Assembly (NCBI RefSeq): GCF_900112255.1
Contig: NZ_FOLE01000004.1
Location: forward strand, 243,819-275,818
DNA length: 32,000 nucleotides
Source of the DNA: Flexibacter flexilis DSM 6793
Lineage (GTDB): Bacteria; Bacteroidota; Bacteroidia; Cytophagales; Flexibacteraceae
Direction of reading: 5' to 3'
The notes below the pieces were generated by a model. That model ran no database searches. It was not told the DNA's origin and saw nothing but the letters and a program-made list of their open reading frames with translations. Shown here in pieces: positions 8,607-16,873 of the stretch. Both the position numbers and the translations under genes were made by a program. Numbering within the stretch: the first letter of the stretch is position 1; the number at the start of each line of letters is the position of its first letter.

Positions 8607-9854
8607 ATGAAAGAAGAAATCATCCTCAACTTGGAAAATCCAAGAGCCCTTGAAAAACTCTACCGAGACAACAAGGCCAATTTCAAAAAAGATTTCAACC
8701 TGATTTACAACGACATCCAAGACAATCCTATTGCACGATGCTGGCACGAGCGACTCAATTTTGAGGCTGACGGGATTGTGTGGAGCAGCAAACCCGAACT
8801 AATATTTGTGATTGCTGTCTCGTTTTTGGTGGGGCTTACGGCCAAACTGGTTTACATGGCCGACATTAAGACCGAATATTTTTATGGCCGCAATATCGGT
8901 TTTCTGGTTTTGCCAGTGCTGGCGGCTTATTTTTTGTGGAAACAAAAAAGCAACCTTAAGAAAAGCGTAGTTGTTGCGATAACGACTTTGGCGGCGGCAA
9001 TCTATATTAACCTGCTGCCAAGTGCTTCACAACTCGATGATACACTGATACTTGCCTGTCTTCATTTGCCTTTATTTTTGTGGGTAATGTTGGGTTATTC
9101 TTTTGTGGGCGAAGGGCTCAACGACGTGCCAAAACGTTTGGATTTTCTTCGCTACAATGGCGATTTGGTCATCATTTGCACTATTATCGTGATTTCGGGG
9201 GCTGTGTTTTCGGCTATTACGTTCCAGTTATTCGATATGCTCGGTATCGACGTTTCATATTTCTATCGCGAATATCTTGGTTTTTGGGCGTTTGGGGCAT
9301 TGCCTATCGTGGGCACTTCGCTTGTCCAGACCAATCCCGAACTGGTCAGTAAGGTCTCCCCTATCATTGCCAAAGTATTTACGCCTATCGTGTTGCTGAT
9401 GCTCTCGGTTTATTTGGCCTCTATTATGTTGAGTAAAAACATAGACATTTACAACGACCGCGACTTTCTGCTGATTTTCAATGCGTTGTTGGTGGGAGTG
9501 ATGGCCATTATCGTGTTTTCGGTTGTAGAAACCTCCAAACGCCCCGACAACCAAACCAGCGTCATGTTGTTGTTTTGTTTGTCGGTGGTTACCATTATTG
9601 TAAACGGAATTGCTTTGTCGGCGATTTTGTTCAGAATTTCGGGCGGCATTACGCCCAACCGATTGGCTGTGCTGGGAAGTAATATCCTGATTCTGGCAAA
9701 CTTGTTGCTGGTAGCCTATCACCTTTTCCGCACGGTGCGCAGCAGCGACCAAATAGAAGGCGTAAAGAAAAGTATTGCCGTATTTCTGCCGATTTATGGC
9801 CTTTGGGCGGCGGTTGTGATCTTTTTGTTCCCCTTAATTTTTGGGTTTGAATAA
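8607..9854 (+). CDS. Polytopic inner-membrane protein of unknown function
   Basis: 415 aa, with a soluble ~60-aa N-terminus followed by about 10-11 hydrophobic segments by eye. I recognise no catalytic motif. Confidence 0.7.
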   Translation: MKEEIILNLENPRALEKLYRDNKANFKKDFNLIYNDIQDNPIARCWHERLNFEADGIVWSSKPELIFVIAVSFLVGLTAKLVYMADIKTEYFYGRNIGFLVLPVLAAYFLWKQKSNLKKSVVVAITTLAAAIYINLLPSASQLDDTLILACLHLPLFLWVMLGYSFVGEGLNDVPKRLDFLRYNGDLVIICTIIVISGAVFSAITFQLFDMLGIDVSYFYREYLGFWAFGALPIVGTSLVQTNPELVSKVSPIIAKVFTPIVLLMLSVYLASIMLSKNIDIYNDRDFLLIFNALLVGVMAIIVFSVVETSKRPDNQTSVMLLFCLSVVTIIVNGIALSAILFRISGGITPNRLAVLGSNILILANLLLVAYHLFRTVRSSDQIEGVKKSIAVFLPIYGLWAAVVIFLFPLIFGFE

Positions 9855-9881
9855 CAGGCAAATTAGATTTTGCTACAATCC

Positions 9882-9927
9882 AAAATCCCCTTATAGATTT
9901 GAAGCCTATAAGGGGATTTTTTTGTTT
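9882..9927 (+). terminator. Intrinsic terminator of the 8607-9854 gene
   Basis: A 15-bp perfect stem AAAATCCCCTTATAG / CTATAAGGGGATTTT with a 9-nt loop runs into a 7-T tract and then GTTT. Confidence 0.65.
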
Positions 9928-9950
9928 ATGGAAAAAGGTAAATACTCTTC

Positions 9951-10023
9951 CCTCCATGGTTTGTGTCCTCACAAATCATAAAAGACGACAAATGTAGGTG
10001 GTCTGTGAGGACAGAGACTACGG
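9951..10023. repeat. Inverted pair (copies a and b) of a ~30-nt palindromic repeat, REPIN-like
   Basis: Copy a at 9951-9980 reads CCTCCATGGTTTGTGTCCTCACAAATCATA. Copy b at 9994-10023 is the same unit inverted (reverse complement CCGTAGTCTCTGTCCTCACAGACCACCTAC). Each unit contains its own small hairpin. Confidence 0.65.
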
Positions 10024-10057
10024 CGAGTGTTATTTTTAATTCAAGGAAAATGTTTAC

Positions 10058-10696
10058 TTATATTTTACTAATCTCCATAAAACTTGAAAAGTTATTATCT
10101 AATATCTTAACTTGTTTTGATAACCAGTCTAATGTATTATACTTATTATCAAGTACTTTATTTCTTTGTTCTTCAGTCATAAATGGGGCTTTTTCGTTTT
10201 CGCCAAGTTTCATACAGTCAGTTTGAAAATCACTAACATTCTTGTCAATTTGCTCAATGTATGCACTTATTTCTTTATTGAATAAAAATTTAGAATGGCG
10301 AACATTCATATAAAAATCTTCCATATTAATGCCCTCTAATGTGTTATTACGAAGTATAGATATTAATACTTCGCGGATATTTTCATAAACTTTCATTCGT
10401 CGTTCAAACAAATCAAATTTAGCTCTGTACCGCTGAACAACCCACTGTCTATAAGCTATCCCTAAACCTCCCAAGGCTATTATTGGCGTTAAAAGACCTG
10501 TTAAAATTGTCCAAATATCTTTAGTTGAGTTAGAATTACTCATGTTAATTTGAATTTGTTTTTGACTGTCTTTATTTTCAACTTTTATGTCTATTTTTAT
10601 ATTTTCACATTTTATAGAATCATTTATTTTTAAAGTTTGTCCTATTGATTCCGTTAAAAATATTACTAAAAGAAAAACAGCAATGAAAATTCTCAT
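10058..10696 (-). CDS. Orphan low-GC membrane protein (signal/TM, ~45-aa loop, TM, ~115-aa helical tail)
   Basis: 212-aa ORF at ~25% GC. It starts MRIFIAVFLLVIFLTESIGQ and has a second TM, IWTILTGLLTPIIALGGLGIAY. The C-terminal part is Lys/Glu/Asn-rich. I recognise no family. Confidence 0.6.
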   Translation of the reverse strand: MRIFIAVFLLVIFLTESIGQTLKINDSIKCENIKIDIKVENKDSQKQIQINMSNSNSTKDIWTILTGLLTPIIALGGLGIAYRQWVVQRYRAKFDLFERRMKVYENIREVLISILRNNTLEGINMEDFYMNVRHSKFLFNKEISAYIEQIDKNVSDFQTDCMKLGENEKAPFMTEEQRNKVLDNKYNTLDWLSKQVKILDNNFSSFMEISKI

Positions 10697-10781
10697 TTAT
10701 ATATAATTTAATTATCCAAAGAATTGGCAATGATAAATTTATCTACAAATACTTTCTATATTTTGTAGGTACTTGCAAAAA

Positions 10782-10789
10782 CAAATATA
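10782..10789 (-). promoter_or_regulatory. -7 box TATATTTG upstream of the orphan gene
   Basis: This is a perfect TAnnTTTG match on the - strand, about 85 nt upstream of the ATG at 10696. Confidence 0.3.
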
Positions 10790-10834
10790 ATTATAGTATA
10801 ATTTACTATAAAATTCTAAAGACATAAAAAATCT

Positions 10835-10990
10835 CCTCCATAGTTTGTGTCTTCACAGACCACATATCTTTAACTGACTTCTATTAAAGTCTTCCCCTTG
10901 GGGAAGATTTAGATGGGGTTTTAATATATCCCACCCACAATTCCTGTTATCCAACCTCTGTGGTTTGTGAAGACACAAACCACAGAGAAG
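10835..10990. repeat. Second inverted pair (copies c and d) of the same palindromic repeat, with a 90-nt spacer
   Basis: Copy c at 10835-10864 reads CCTCCATAGTTTGTGTCTTCACAGACCACA. Copy d is a perfect 14-bp hairpin, CTCTGTGGTTTGTG-AAGA-CACAAACCACAGAG (10956-10987), in inverted orientation. The spacer holds another hairpin, TCTTCCCC-TT-GGGGAAGA (10890-10907). Confidence 0.65.
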
Positions 10991-11013
10991 GACTTTTTTG
11001 TTTATGGGAATAA

Positions 11014-11634
11014 CTACGAAAGATTTTCGATAATTACTTTAATGCCGTACACCAAACACAACAGCGAGGATATAGCCGTGAGGGCATTTTGTAGCCGCTC
11101 GGATTGCATTATCCCGCGCGAATACGGCAGGCTAAACATACTCGAAGCCAACAACATTCCTACGATTGAGCCAACCCCAAAAATCAGGATATACATCAAG
11201 CCTTCGGCGGGGCTTTTCATCTGCGACATCACCAGCACGGCCAATGCGCCACTTCCTGCCAAGCCATGCACAAAGCCCACCCCAAACGCCATTTTGGGGG
11301 TGTAATGCGTGTGCGTTTGCGGCAAACCGCTGTACGCCAATTGGCGTTTGGCATTGAGTTTGAACAGCCGAACCGCACCCAAACCGACCAACATCAAGCC
11401 CACGCAGGCTTCTAAGTAGCTAAATAATTGTTCGCTAAGATTCATTTTGAACACAATCATCATCATACCAATCACAAAAATAGTGGTGGTATGACCCACG
11501 CCCCAAAAAAAGCCGTCTTTCATGGCGTGGCCTGTGTGTTTGCGATTGGTAACGAGGTTATTGACGGCCAACAAATGGTCGGCTTCAAAGGCGTGTTCCA
11601 AACCCGCGTACAATGTTACAAATAGTCCAAACAT
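11014..11634 (-). CDS. Putative Ni2+ permease, NiCoT-related short form (UreH/NicO-like, 6 TM)
   Basis: GLEHAFEADHLLAV and WGVGHTTTIFV match the HAxDADHI and GHSxVV signatures of NiCoT/UreH transporters. It is the last gene of the hydrogenase operon, 6 nt after hypD. Confidence 0.65.
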   Translation of the reverse strand: MFGLFVTLYAGLEHAFEADHLLAVNNLVTNRKHTGHAMKDGFFWGVGHTTTIFVIGMMMIVFKMNLSEQLFSYLEACVGLMLVGLGAVRLFKLNAKRQLAYSGLPQTHTHYTPKMAFGVGFVHGLAGSGALAVLVMSQMKSPAEGLMYILIFGVGSIVGMLLASSMFSLPYSRGIMQSERLQNALTAISSLLCLVYGIKVIIENLS

Positions 11635-11640
11635 AATTTC

Positions 11641-12717
11641 TTAGGAATAATGGTAATACGCCGCACAAGCTCCTTCGGACGACACCATCGGCGCACCCAA
11701 CGGATTGGACGGATTACACGTTTTTCTAAACTCCTGACACTCAAAAGGCTTTTTCTGACCTTTCAATATTTCGCCCGCAATACATTTGCTCGCACAGCTT
11801 TCCGACTTGGTTTTGATGGCAAATTTGGCCGCCGCATCGTAAGCCGCATATTCAGGACGCATCACAAGGCCGCTATCGCTTATTTTGCCGATGCCGCGCC
11901 ATTCTTGGTCACCCACCATAAATATTTCCTCTACAACCGCTTTGGCACGTCCGTTACCGTGTTCTTTTACAAAACGGGTGTATTGATTTTCTACCTCATG
12001 TTTGCCTTCTTCGAGCTGCACAACGGCATGATAAATCGCGCAAAGCAAGTCGGCAGGCTCAAAACCCGAAATCACAATCGGAATTTTGTATTTCTCAGCC
12101 AACGGATAATATTCGTCCAGTCCCATAATCGTGCAGACGTGACCCGCCCCCAAAAAGGCGTTGATATTGCAAAATTCATCGTCCAAGATAGCCTCCATCG
12201 CTGGCGGCACAAGCACGTGCGAAACAAGCAACGAAAAGTTTTTCAAACCTAATTTTTGGGCGTGCATCACGGCAAGCGCGTTACTTGGCGCGGTCGTCTC
12301 GAAGCCTACGGCAAAAAACACGACTTCGCGGTCTGGGTTGGCCGCCGCAATATTCACGGCTTCCAATGGCGAATACAAAATACGCAAATCGCCGCCTGCG
12401 GCTTTGGCTTGCAAAAGGCTTTGCGACGTACCTGGCACGCGCACCATGTCCCCAAACGAACACATGATTACGCCTTGCTGCATCAGTTCCACGGCTTTGT
12501 CTATCAGACCCGCCGACGTAACGCACACAGGACAACCCGGCCCATGCACCATGATTACTTCTTCGGGCAGCAAATCCAACAAGCCATTTTTCACCAGCGA
12601 GTGGGTTTGTCCGCCACAAATCTCCATGATAAACCAAGGGCGCGTTACTTTTTGGCGAATCGCGTCCAGATAATGGGTTACCAGTTCGGGGTCGCGGTAT
12701 TCCGTAACATATTTCAT
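11641..12717 (-). CDS. hypD: [NiFe] hydrogenase maturation protein HypD
   Basis: The protein starts MKYVTEYRDPEL and contains EICGGQTH, HGPGCPVCV and GFETTAP. Length is 358 aa. Confidence 0.95.
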   Translation of the reverse strand: MKYVTEYRDPELVTHYLDAIRQKVTRPWFIMEICGGQTHSLVKNGLLDLLPEEVIMVHGPGCPVCVTSAGLIDKAVELMQQGVIMCSFGDMVRVPGTSQSLLQAKAAGGDLRILYSPLEAVNIAAANPDREVVFFAVGFETTAPSNALAVMHAQKLGLKNFSLLVSHVLVPPAMEAILDDEFCNINAFLGAGHVCTIMGLDEYYPLAEKYKIPIVISGFEPADLLCAIYHAVVQLEEGKHEVENQYTRFVKEHGNGRAKAVVEEIFMVGDQEWRGIGKISDSGLVMRPEYAAYDAAAKFAIKTKSESCASKCIAGEILKGQKKPFECQEFRKTCNPSNPLGAPMVSSEGACAAYYHYS

Positions 12718-12724
12718 CGCACCG

Positions 12725-13357
12725 CTATTTGATTATTTTTTTCAATTCAATAATGAAAATAAGCGTCGCGTTTGGCTGAATCATGGGCGCGGCACCTGCT
12801 TCGCCGTAGGCCAAATAATGCGGAATATACACTTTCCAGCGCGAACCTTCGGGCATGAGTTGCAACACTTCTTGCCAACCTGGTATCATTTCGCCAATTT
12901 CAAATTCTACGCCGCCGCTATGGTGTTTGCTTGAGTCAAACACTTCATTATTAACCAAATAACCTTCGTAAGTTACTTCTACGTGGTTCAATAGATTAGG
13001 CGTTTGGCCTTTGCCCTGACGCAACACTTCGTACTGCAAACCGCTTGGCAAACAAACCACGCCTTCGCGTTGGGCGTTTTGTTCTAAGAAAACACGGCCT
13101 TCGGTGGCATTTTTTTCTTTTTGCTCCTCGCGCAACAAGGCTATATAATTATTGAAAATATCAACGGCTCTTTTGGCAGTGATTTTTGGGAAACTATTGT
13201 TAAAAACAGAATCCATTCCTTCTATAAAATCCGCGCTCGAAATCTCTTCAAAGCCCAAATCTTTGAGGCTCATTGCCATTACTACGCCTGCCGAATAGGA
13301 AATTTTATCTTGTTCTTCGGTCTTGCCGATGGTGCCTAATAATTCTGAAATATCCAT
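12725..13357 (-). CDS. FKBP-type peptidyl-prolyl cis-trans isomerase (FklB/Mip-like, no signal peptide)
   Basis: The C-terminal FKBP domain reads GLQYEVLRQGKG...VTYEGYL.N.EVFDSS...IPGWQEVLQLMPEGSRWKVYIPHYLAYG. An N-terminal helical domain precedes it. The gene is packed between hypF (3-nt gap) and hypD (7-nt gap). Confidence 0.9.
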   Translation of the reverse strand: MDISELLGTIGKTEEQDKISYSAGVVMAMSLKDLGFEEISSADFIEGMDSVFNNSFPKITAKRAVDIFNNYIALLREEQKEKNATEGRVFLEQNAQREGVVCLPSGLQYEVLRQGKGQTPNLLNHVEVTYEGYLVNNEVFDSSKHHSGGVEFEIGEMIPGWQEVLQLMPEGSRWKVYIPHYLAYGEAGAAPMIQPNATLIFIIELKKIIK

Positions 13358-13360
13358 GAT

Positions 13361-15622
13361 TTATTGTAGTATGTATTGATAATGTTTTAATTGTCCATAA
13401 GAAATATTTTCGTCGTTGGCGGGCAAATGCTCATGCCAACTCAACGTTAAGTCATTCATTTTCTGTGCGATACAGTCCACCAAGTACGCATTCTGAAACA
13501 CGCCACCACTAAACGCAATGTGCGTTGCGCCCTGCTGCACGGCTACTTTCTGTATCATTTTGGCCAAAGACCAATGAAATCCTGCGGCCACTTCCGCCCG
13601 ACTTGCGCCATGCCCTAAGGCGGTGCGCATATTGGCCAAAAGTTTTTCGCCTGATAAAAAATCTTCGGAATCAAGATACACATTTTTTGCGTCAGTGCCA
13701 CACATTTTGGCCAACTGTTCCACGTACATGGCCGCTTCCCCTTCAAAAAAAACTGTTCTTTCAAAGCCCAAAACGTAGGCTGCCGCATCGAAAAGCCGCC
13801 CCACCGACGAAGTTTGTACGGCTTTTTGCTCGCGCTGTCGGGCGTATATTCGTTGCTCGTTTGCTTCAAAATTTTCTTGCCCCAAAGCATCGCCCAAAAT
13901 CGCGTAAGCACTGATTTTCGGATTTTTAGCCATTTTATCGCCCAAAATCCATATAAAATAATTCAAGTGCGCCGCGCGCGAGATTTTTCTTTTTTCATAC
14001 AAAAAAAACTCTCCGCCCCAAATGGCCGCGTCTGTTCCGTAGCCCGTCCCGTCCCAAATCACGCCCAACACTTTATTTTCCCAACTGTTTTTTTCGCCCA
14101 AAATCGCCGCAAAATGCGCCTCATGATGTTGCACGGCGTGCAGGCGAGCCGCAGGAAAACGTTGTTGCAGTGGTTCAATGGCCTGCCTGCTTTGGTAGAG
14201 CGGGTGCAGGTCGTGCACGATAACATCAGGCTTTAGGCTAAAGGTTTCCGCGTAGCTGCTCAAAGTGGCCTCAAAACGCTGGAAAGTTTCATAATTTCCC
14301 AAATCGCCTAAATATTCGCTTGTGTAACTGTGGCTGTTGGGTTGCAGGGAAACACTGCTTTTCAGGTCACTACCCAAACACAAAATTTTGGTGTTATCTA
14401 CCTTATTTTGTGTGGGTTCAAAGTAATTGCTGGGTGCAAGGCCGCGCGCGCGACGATACACAAGTTTAATATCGTATTTTGGTGTAAATCTAATAACGGA
14501 GTCATCTTGCGAATGCCTCACGGGTAAATCGTGGTGTATGAATAAGTCGGCGATGCCGCTTAGTTTTTCAAATGCTTCTGGCGCGTCGGCGCACACGGGC
14601 GAGCCATGCAAATTGCCGCTGGTAGCCACCAAAGGGCGGTTGAGTTGGGTGGCCAAAAGTTTCAGAATCCCCGAATACGGCAACATACAACCCAGCGTGT
14701 CCATATTTGGCGCAACTTCTTGCAAAGCAATTGCCCCTTTGTTTTTCACTTCTGCCACCACAATCGGAGCTTCTGCCGAGCCGATGTGTGCGGCTGCTTT
14801 TTCACTCAAATAAACGTGCTGGCGCAATTGCGCAAGGTCTGGAAACAGCACCGCCAACGGTTTGGTTGGGCGGCGTTTGCGCTCTCGGAGCTGCTGTACG
14901 GCCTGCACGGAAGTCGCATCGCATAGCAGCAAATAACCCGACGTGTTTTTGACGGCCAAAATTTTTCCTTCGCTCAAAGCCTTTGCCGCCTGCCCAAAAA
15001 CTTCCTGATTTTCTTGGGTTAATATTTTACCAAAATTATCTGTAAGCCAAAACTTTATGCCACAATCGGGGCAAGAATTGGTTTGGGCATGAAAGCGTAC
15101 ATCTTCGGGACTGTCGTATTCGGTTTGGCAAGTGGCGCACATTTTGAATGTTGCCAGCGAAGTGTTTTCTCGTTCAAAAGGATATTTTTCAGTAATGGCG
15201 TAGCGCGTTCCGCATTGCGTGCAACACGTAAACGGATAAAAATACCGTCGGTCGTGTGGGTCAAGCATTTGCGCAGCACACTGGGCGCATTGCGCAAAAT
15301 CAGGCGTGAGTGGCAAATTGATGTTTGGGGTAGTTTGAGTGGGCTTAATGCTAAAGCCTTCAAACTCGGCGGCGTGTTCCATTTCCCTAACCGAAACGGC
15401 CACAATTTGCGCCGCCGCAGGTTTTTGGGCTTGGATTTGGGTAACAAAATCCGTGAGCGCGTCGGCAGTGGCGCACACCACGATTTGCACACCCAAAGCA
15501 TTGTTGGTAACAAAGCCCTTCATCTGCAACTTATTGGCTAAGTTATAGATAAAGGGCCTGAAACCTACGCCTTGTACGCGGCCATTGACAATGACCTCAA
15601 AACATTTATTCTGCGTGTACAC
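13361..15622 (-). CDS. hypF: Carbamoyltransferase HypF
   Basis: It has an acylphosphatase domain (VNGRVQGVGFRPFIY), two CxxC-x18-CxxC zinc fingers, and YrdC-like and Kae1-like domains. Length is 753 aa. It overlaps hyaD by 17 nt. Confidence 0.95.
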   Translation of the reverse strand: MYTQNKCFEVIVNGRVQGVGFRPFIYNLANKLQMKGFVTNNALGVQIVVCATADALTDFVTQIQAQKPAAAQIVAVSVREMEHAAEFEGFSIKPTQTTPNINLPLTPDFAQCAQCAAQMLDPHDRRYFYPFTCCTQCGTRYAITEKYPFERENTSLATFKMCATCQTEYDSPEDVRFHAQTNSCPDCGIKFWLTDNFGKILTQENQEVFGQAAKALSEGKILAVKNTSGYLLLCDATSVQAVQQLRERKRRPTKPLAVLFPDLAQLRQHVYLSEKAAAHIGSAEAPIVVAEVKNKGAIALQEVAPNMDTLGCMLPYSGILKLLATQLNRPLVATSGNLHGSPVCADAPEAFEKLSGIADLFIHHDLPVRHSQDDSVIRFTPKYDIKLVYRRARGLAPSNYFEPTQNKVDNTKILCLGSDLKSSVSLQPNSHSYTSEYLGDLGNYETFQRFEATLSSYAETFSLKPDVIVHDLHPLYQSRQAIEPLQQRFPAARLHAVQHHEAHFAAILGEKNSWENKVLGVIWDGTGYGTDAAIWGGEFFLYEKRKISRAAHLNYFIWILGDKMAKNPKISAYAILGDALGQENFEANEQRIYARQREQKAVQTSSVGRLFDAAAYVLGFERTVFFEGEAAMYVEQLAKMCGTDAKNVYLDSEDFLSGEKLLANMRTALGHGASRAEVAAGFHWSLAKMIQKVAVQQGATHIAFSGGVFQNAYLVDCIAQKMNDLTLSWHEHLPANDENISYGQLKHYQYILQ

Positions 15623-16130
15623 TTTCCGTGCTTCGTATTTGCTGCGTAAGAGCCAAAACTTTTTCGGTAATTTCGGGCAAAGCGGCCTCTACGGCAGGCG
15701 ATAATTCCATACACATAGGTTCCATCTTGCTGATAGTAACCGTAAAAAGATAAATTTTTGGCATCGAACCGAACATCGTCAAGATTTCGACCATGTCTTT
15801 AAGCCCAAAATTATGCCCACTAAGTGCCGTCGGGAAATCGTTGCTAAACTTAGGTGTAAGCAACGTAATCGTTCCTTCGGGTTTGCCGTCCATCGTGGCA
15901 TCTACAATAATGACGTGCTGATGACTTTCGATATAGGGTACGAGGGTGAAACCTCCCGTCCCGCCGTCCAAAAAAGTAATGTTGGAGGCAAAACGGGAAG
16001 TATCTAATTTTTTTACAAAATGTACGCCTATACCTTCATCGCCCATCAGGTAGTTACCAATGCCCAACACCAATATATCATTGCCGTCGGAATGGAACGT
16101 ATCGGGGGTATATGAAAAAGTATCTTGCAT
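15606..16130 (-). CDS. hyaD: Hydrogenase maturation endopeptidase (HyaD/HupD)
   Basis: ILVLGIGNYLMGDEGIGVHFV matches the GxGNxxxxDDGxG family motif. The start is coupled to the hyaC stop by a TAATG overlap at 16128-16132. Confidence 0.9.
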   Translation of the reverse strand: MQDTFSYTPDTFHSDGNDILVLGIGNYLMGDEGIGVHFVKKLDTSRFASNITFLDGGTGGFTLVPYIESHQHVIIVDATMDGKPEGTITLLTPKFSNDFPTALSGHNFGLKDMVEILTMFGSMPKIYLFTVTISKMEPMCMELSPAVEAALPEITEKVLALTQQIRSTESVHAE

Positions 16131-16855
16131 TATGCTGTTTTTTTCTCTGCGTTGGCAGCTTCTTCGTCCTTAATACTTTCGGTGCGCACAAACTTGTAGC
16201 CACTGAACATGGCAGAAGTTTCGCCGCGACCTTCGAGCCAGTCGTGGAAGAACACCAAATACACGTGTACCACCACAAACAAGATGAAAGCCCACATACT
16301 ATAATGGTGTACGGTGCGCGTCACAAAATCGCCGCCCAAAAATGCAGGTACCCATTCAAACATTCTTGGCAAAAACCAAGTAGAAGTAGGCGCGTACAAT
16401 CCGAAACCCGTAAACACCATCACCACTGCCAAAATGAACATAATAAAGTAACTGAATGCTGCTACGGCGTTGTGGCCTGTGCTAATATTCTTGAAGTTGT
16501 ACTCCTTTTCGTTTTGAAGCAACAAATCGTACTTAATTACGTGCCACATTTTGCTAAAGCCCGATTTGCTCAAAGGCAACATTACACGCCAGTTGGCATA
16601 GCGATTGCCAAAAAAGGCGTAGTAAAGGCGCAACACCATCACGGCAACCATCAGGTAGGCACTGATAAAATGGATTTGTCGTACATAACCAAACCAAAAT
16701 TGCTCAGATGCCTCTTTGTTGGACATCAGCGCGGGCGGATTGGCAATAATAAAACCCGTAATAATCAGTATCGTAATGGAAAAGGCATTAATCCAGTGGA
16801 AAAGACGCACGGGAAGTTGCCATACATAAGCTCGTTTAAATGTAGAAGATTCCAT
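16130..16855 (-). CDS. hyaC: Ni/Fe-hydrogenase b-type cytochrome subunit
   Basis: It contains YVWQLPVRLFHWINAFSITILIITG, has 4 TM helices with conserved His residues, and is 241 aa. Confidence 0.9.
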   Translation of the reverse strand: MESSTFKRAYVWQLPVRLFHWINAFSITILIITGFIIANPPALMSNKEASEQFWFGYVRQIHFISAYLMVAVMVLRLYYAFFGNRYANWRVMLPLSKSGFSKMWHVIKYDLLLQNEKEYNFKNISTGHNAVAAFSYFIMFILAVVMVFTGFGLYAPTSTWFLPRMFEWVPAFLGGDFVTRTVHHYSMWAFILFVVVHVYLVFFHDWLEGRGETSAMFSGYKFVRTESIKDEEAANAEKKTA

Positions 16856-16873
16856 AAATGCTGTCTTTTAGGA

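Noticed and set aside
8442-8747. N-terminal ~100 codons of ORF 7176-8747
   Set aside because: The extension overlaps the start of the well-supported + strand gene at 8607 and contains -7 promoter boxes for both divergent genes. The CHASE2 architecture begins with the TM helix after M103/M107.
9917-11010. Integron gene cassette / attC interpretation of the low-GC cassette
   Set aside because: The boundary repeat GTTTATGG does not fit the GTTRRRY core, since the 4th base is T. There is no intI or attI in the window, and the hairpins are a 4-copy dispersed-repeat family rather than a single attC.
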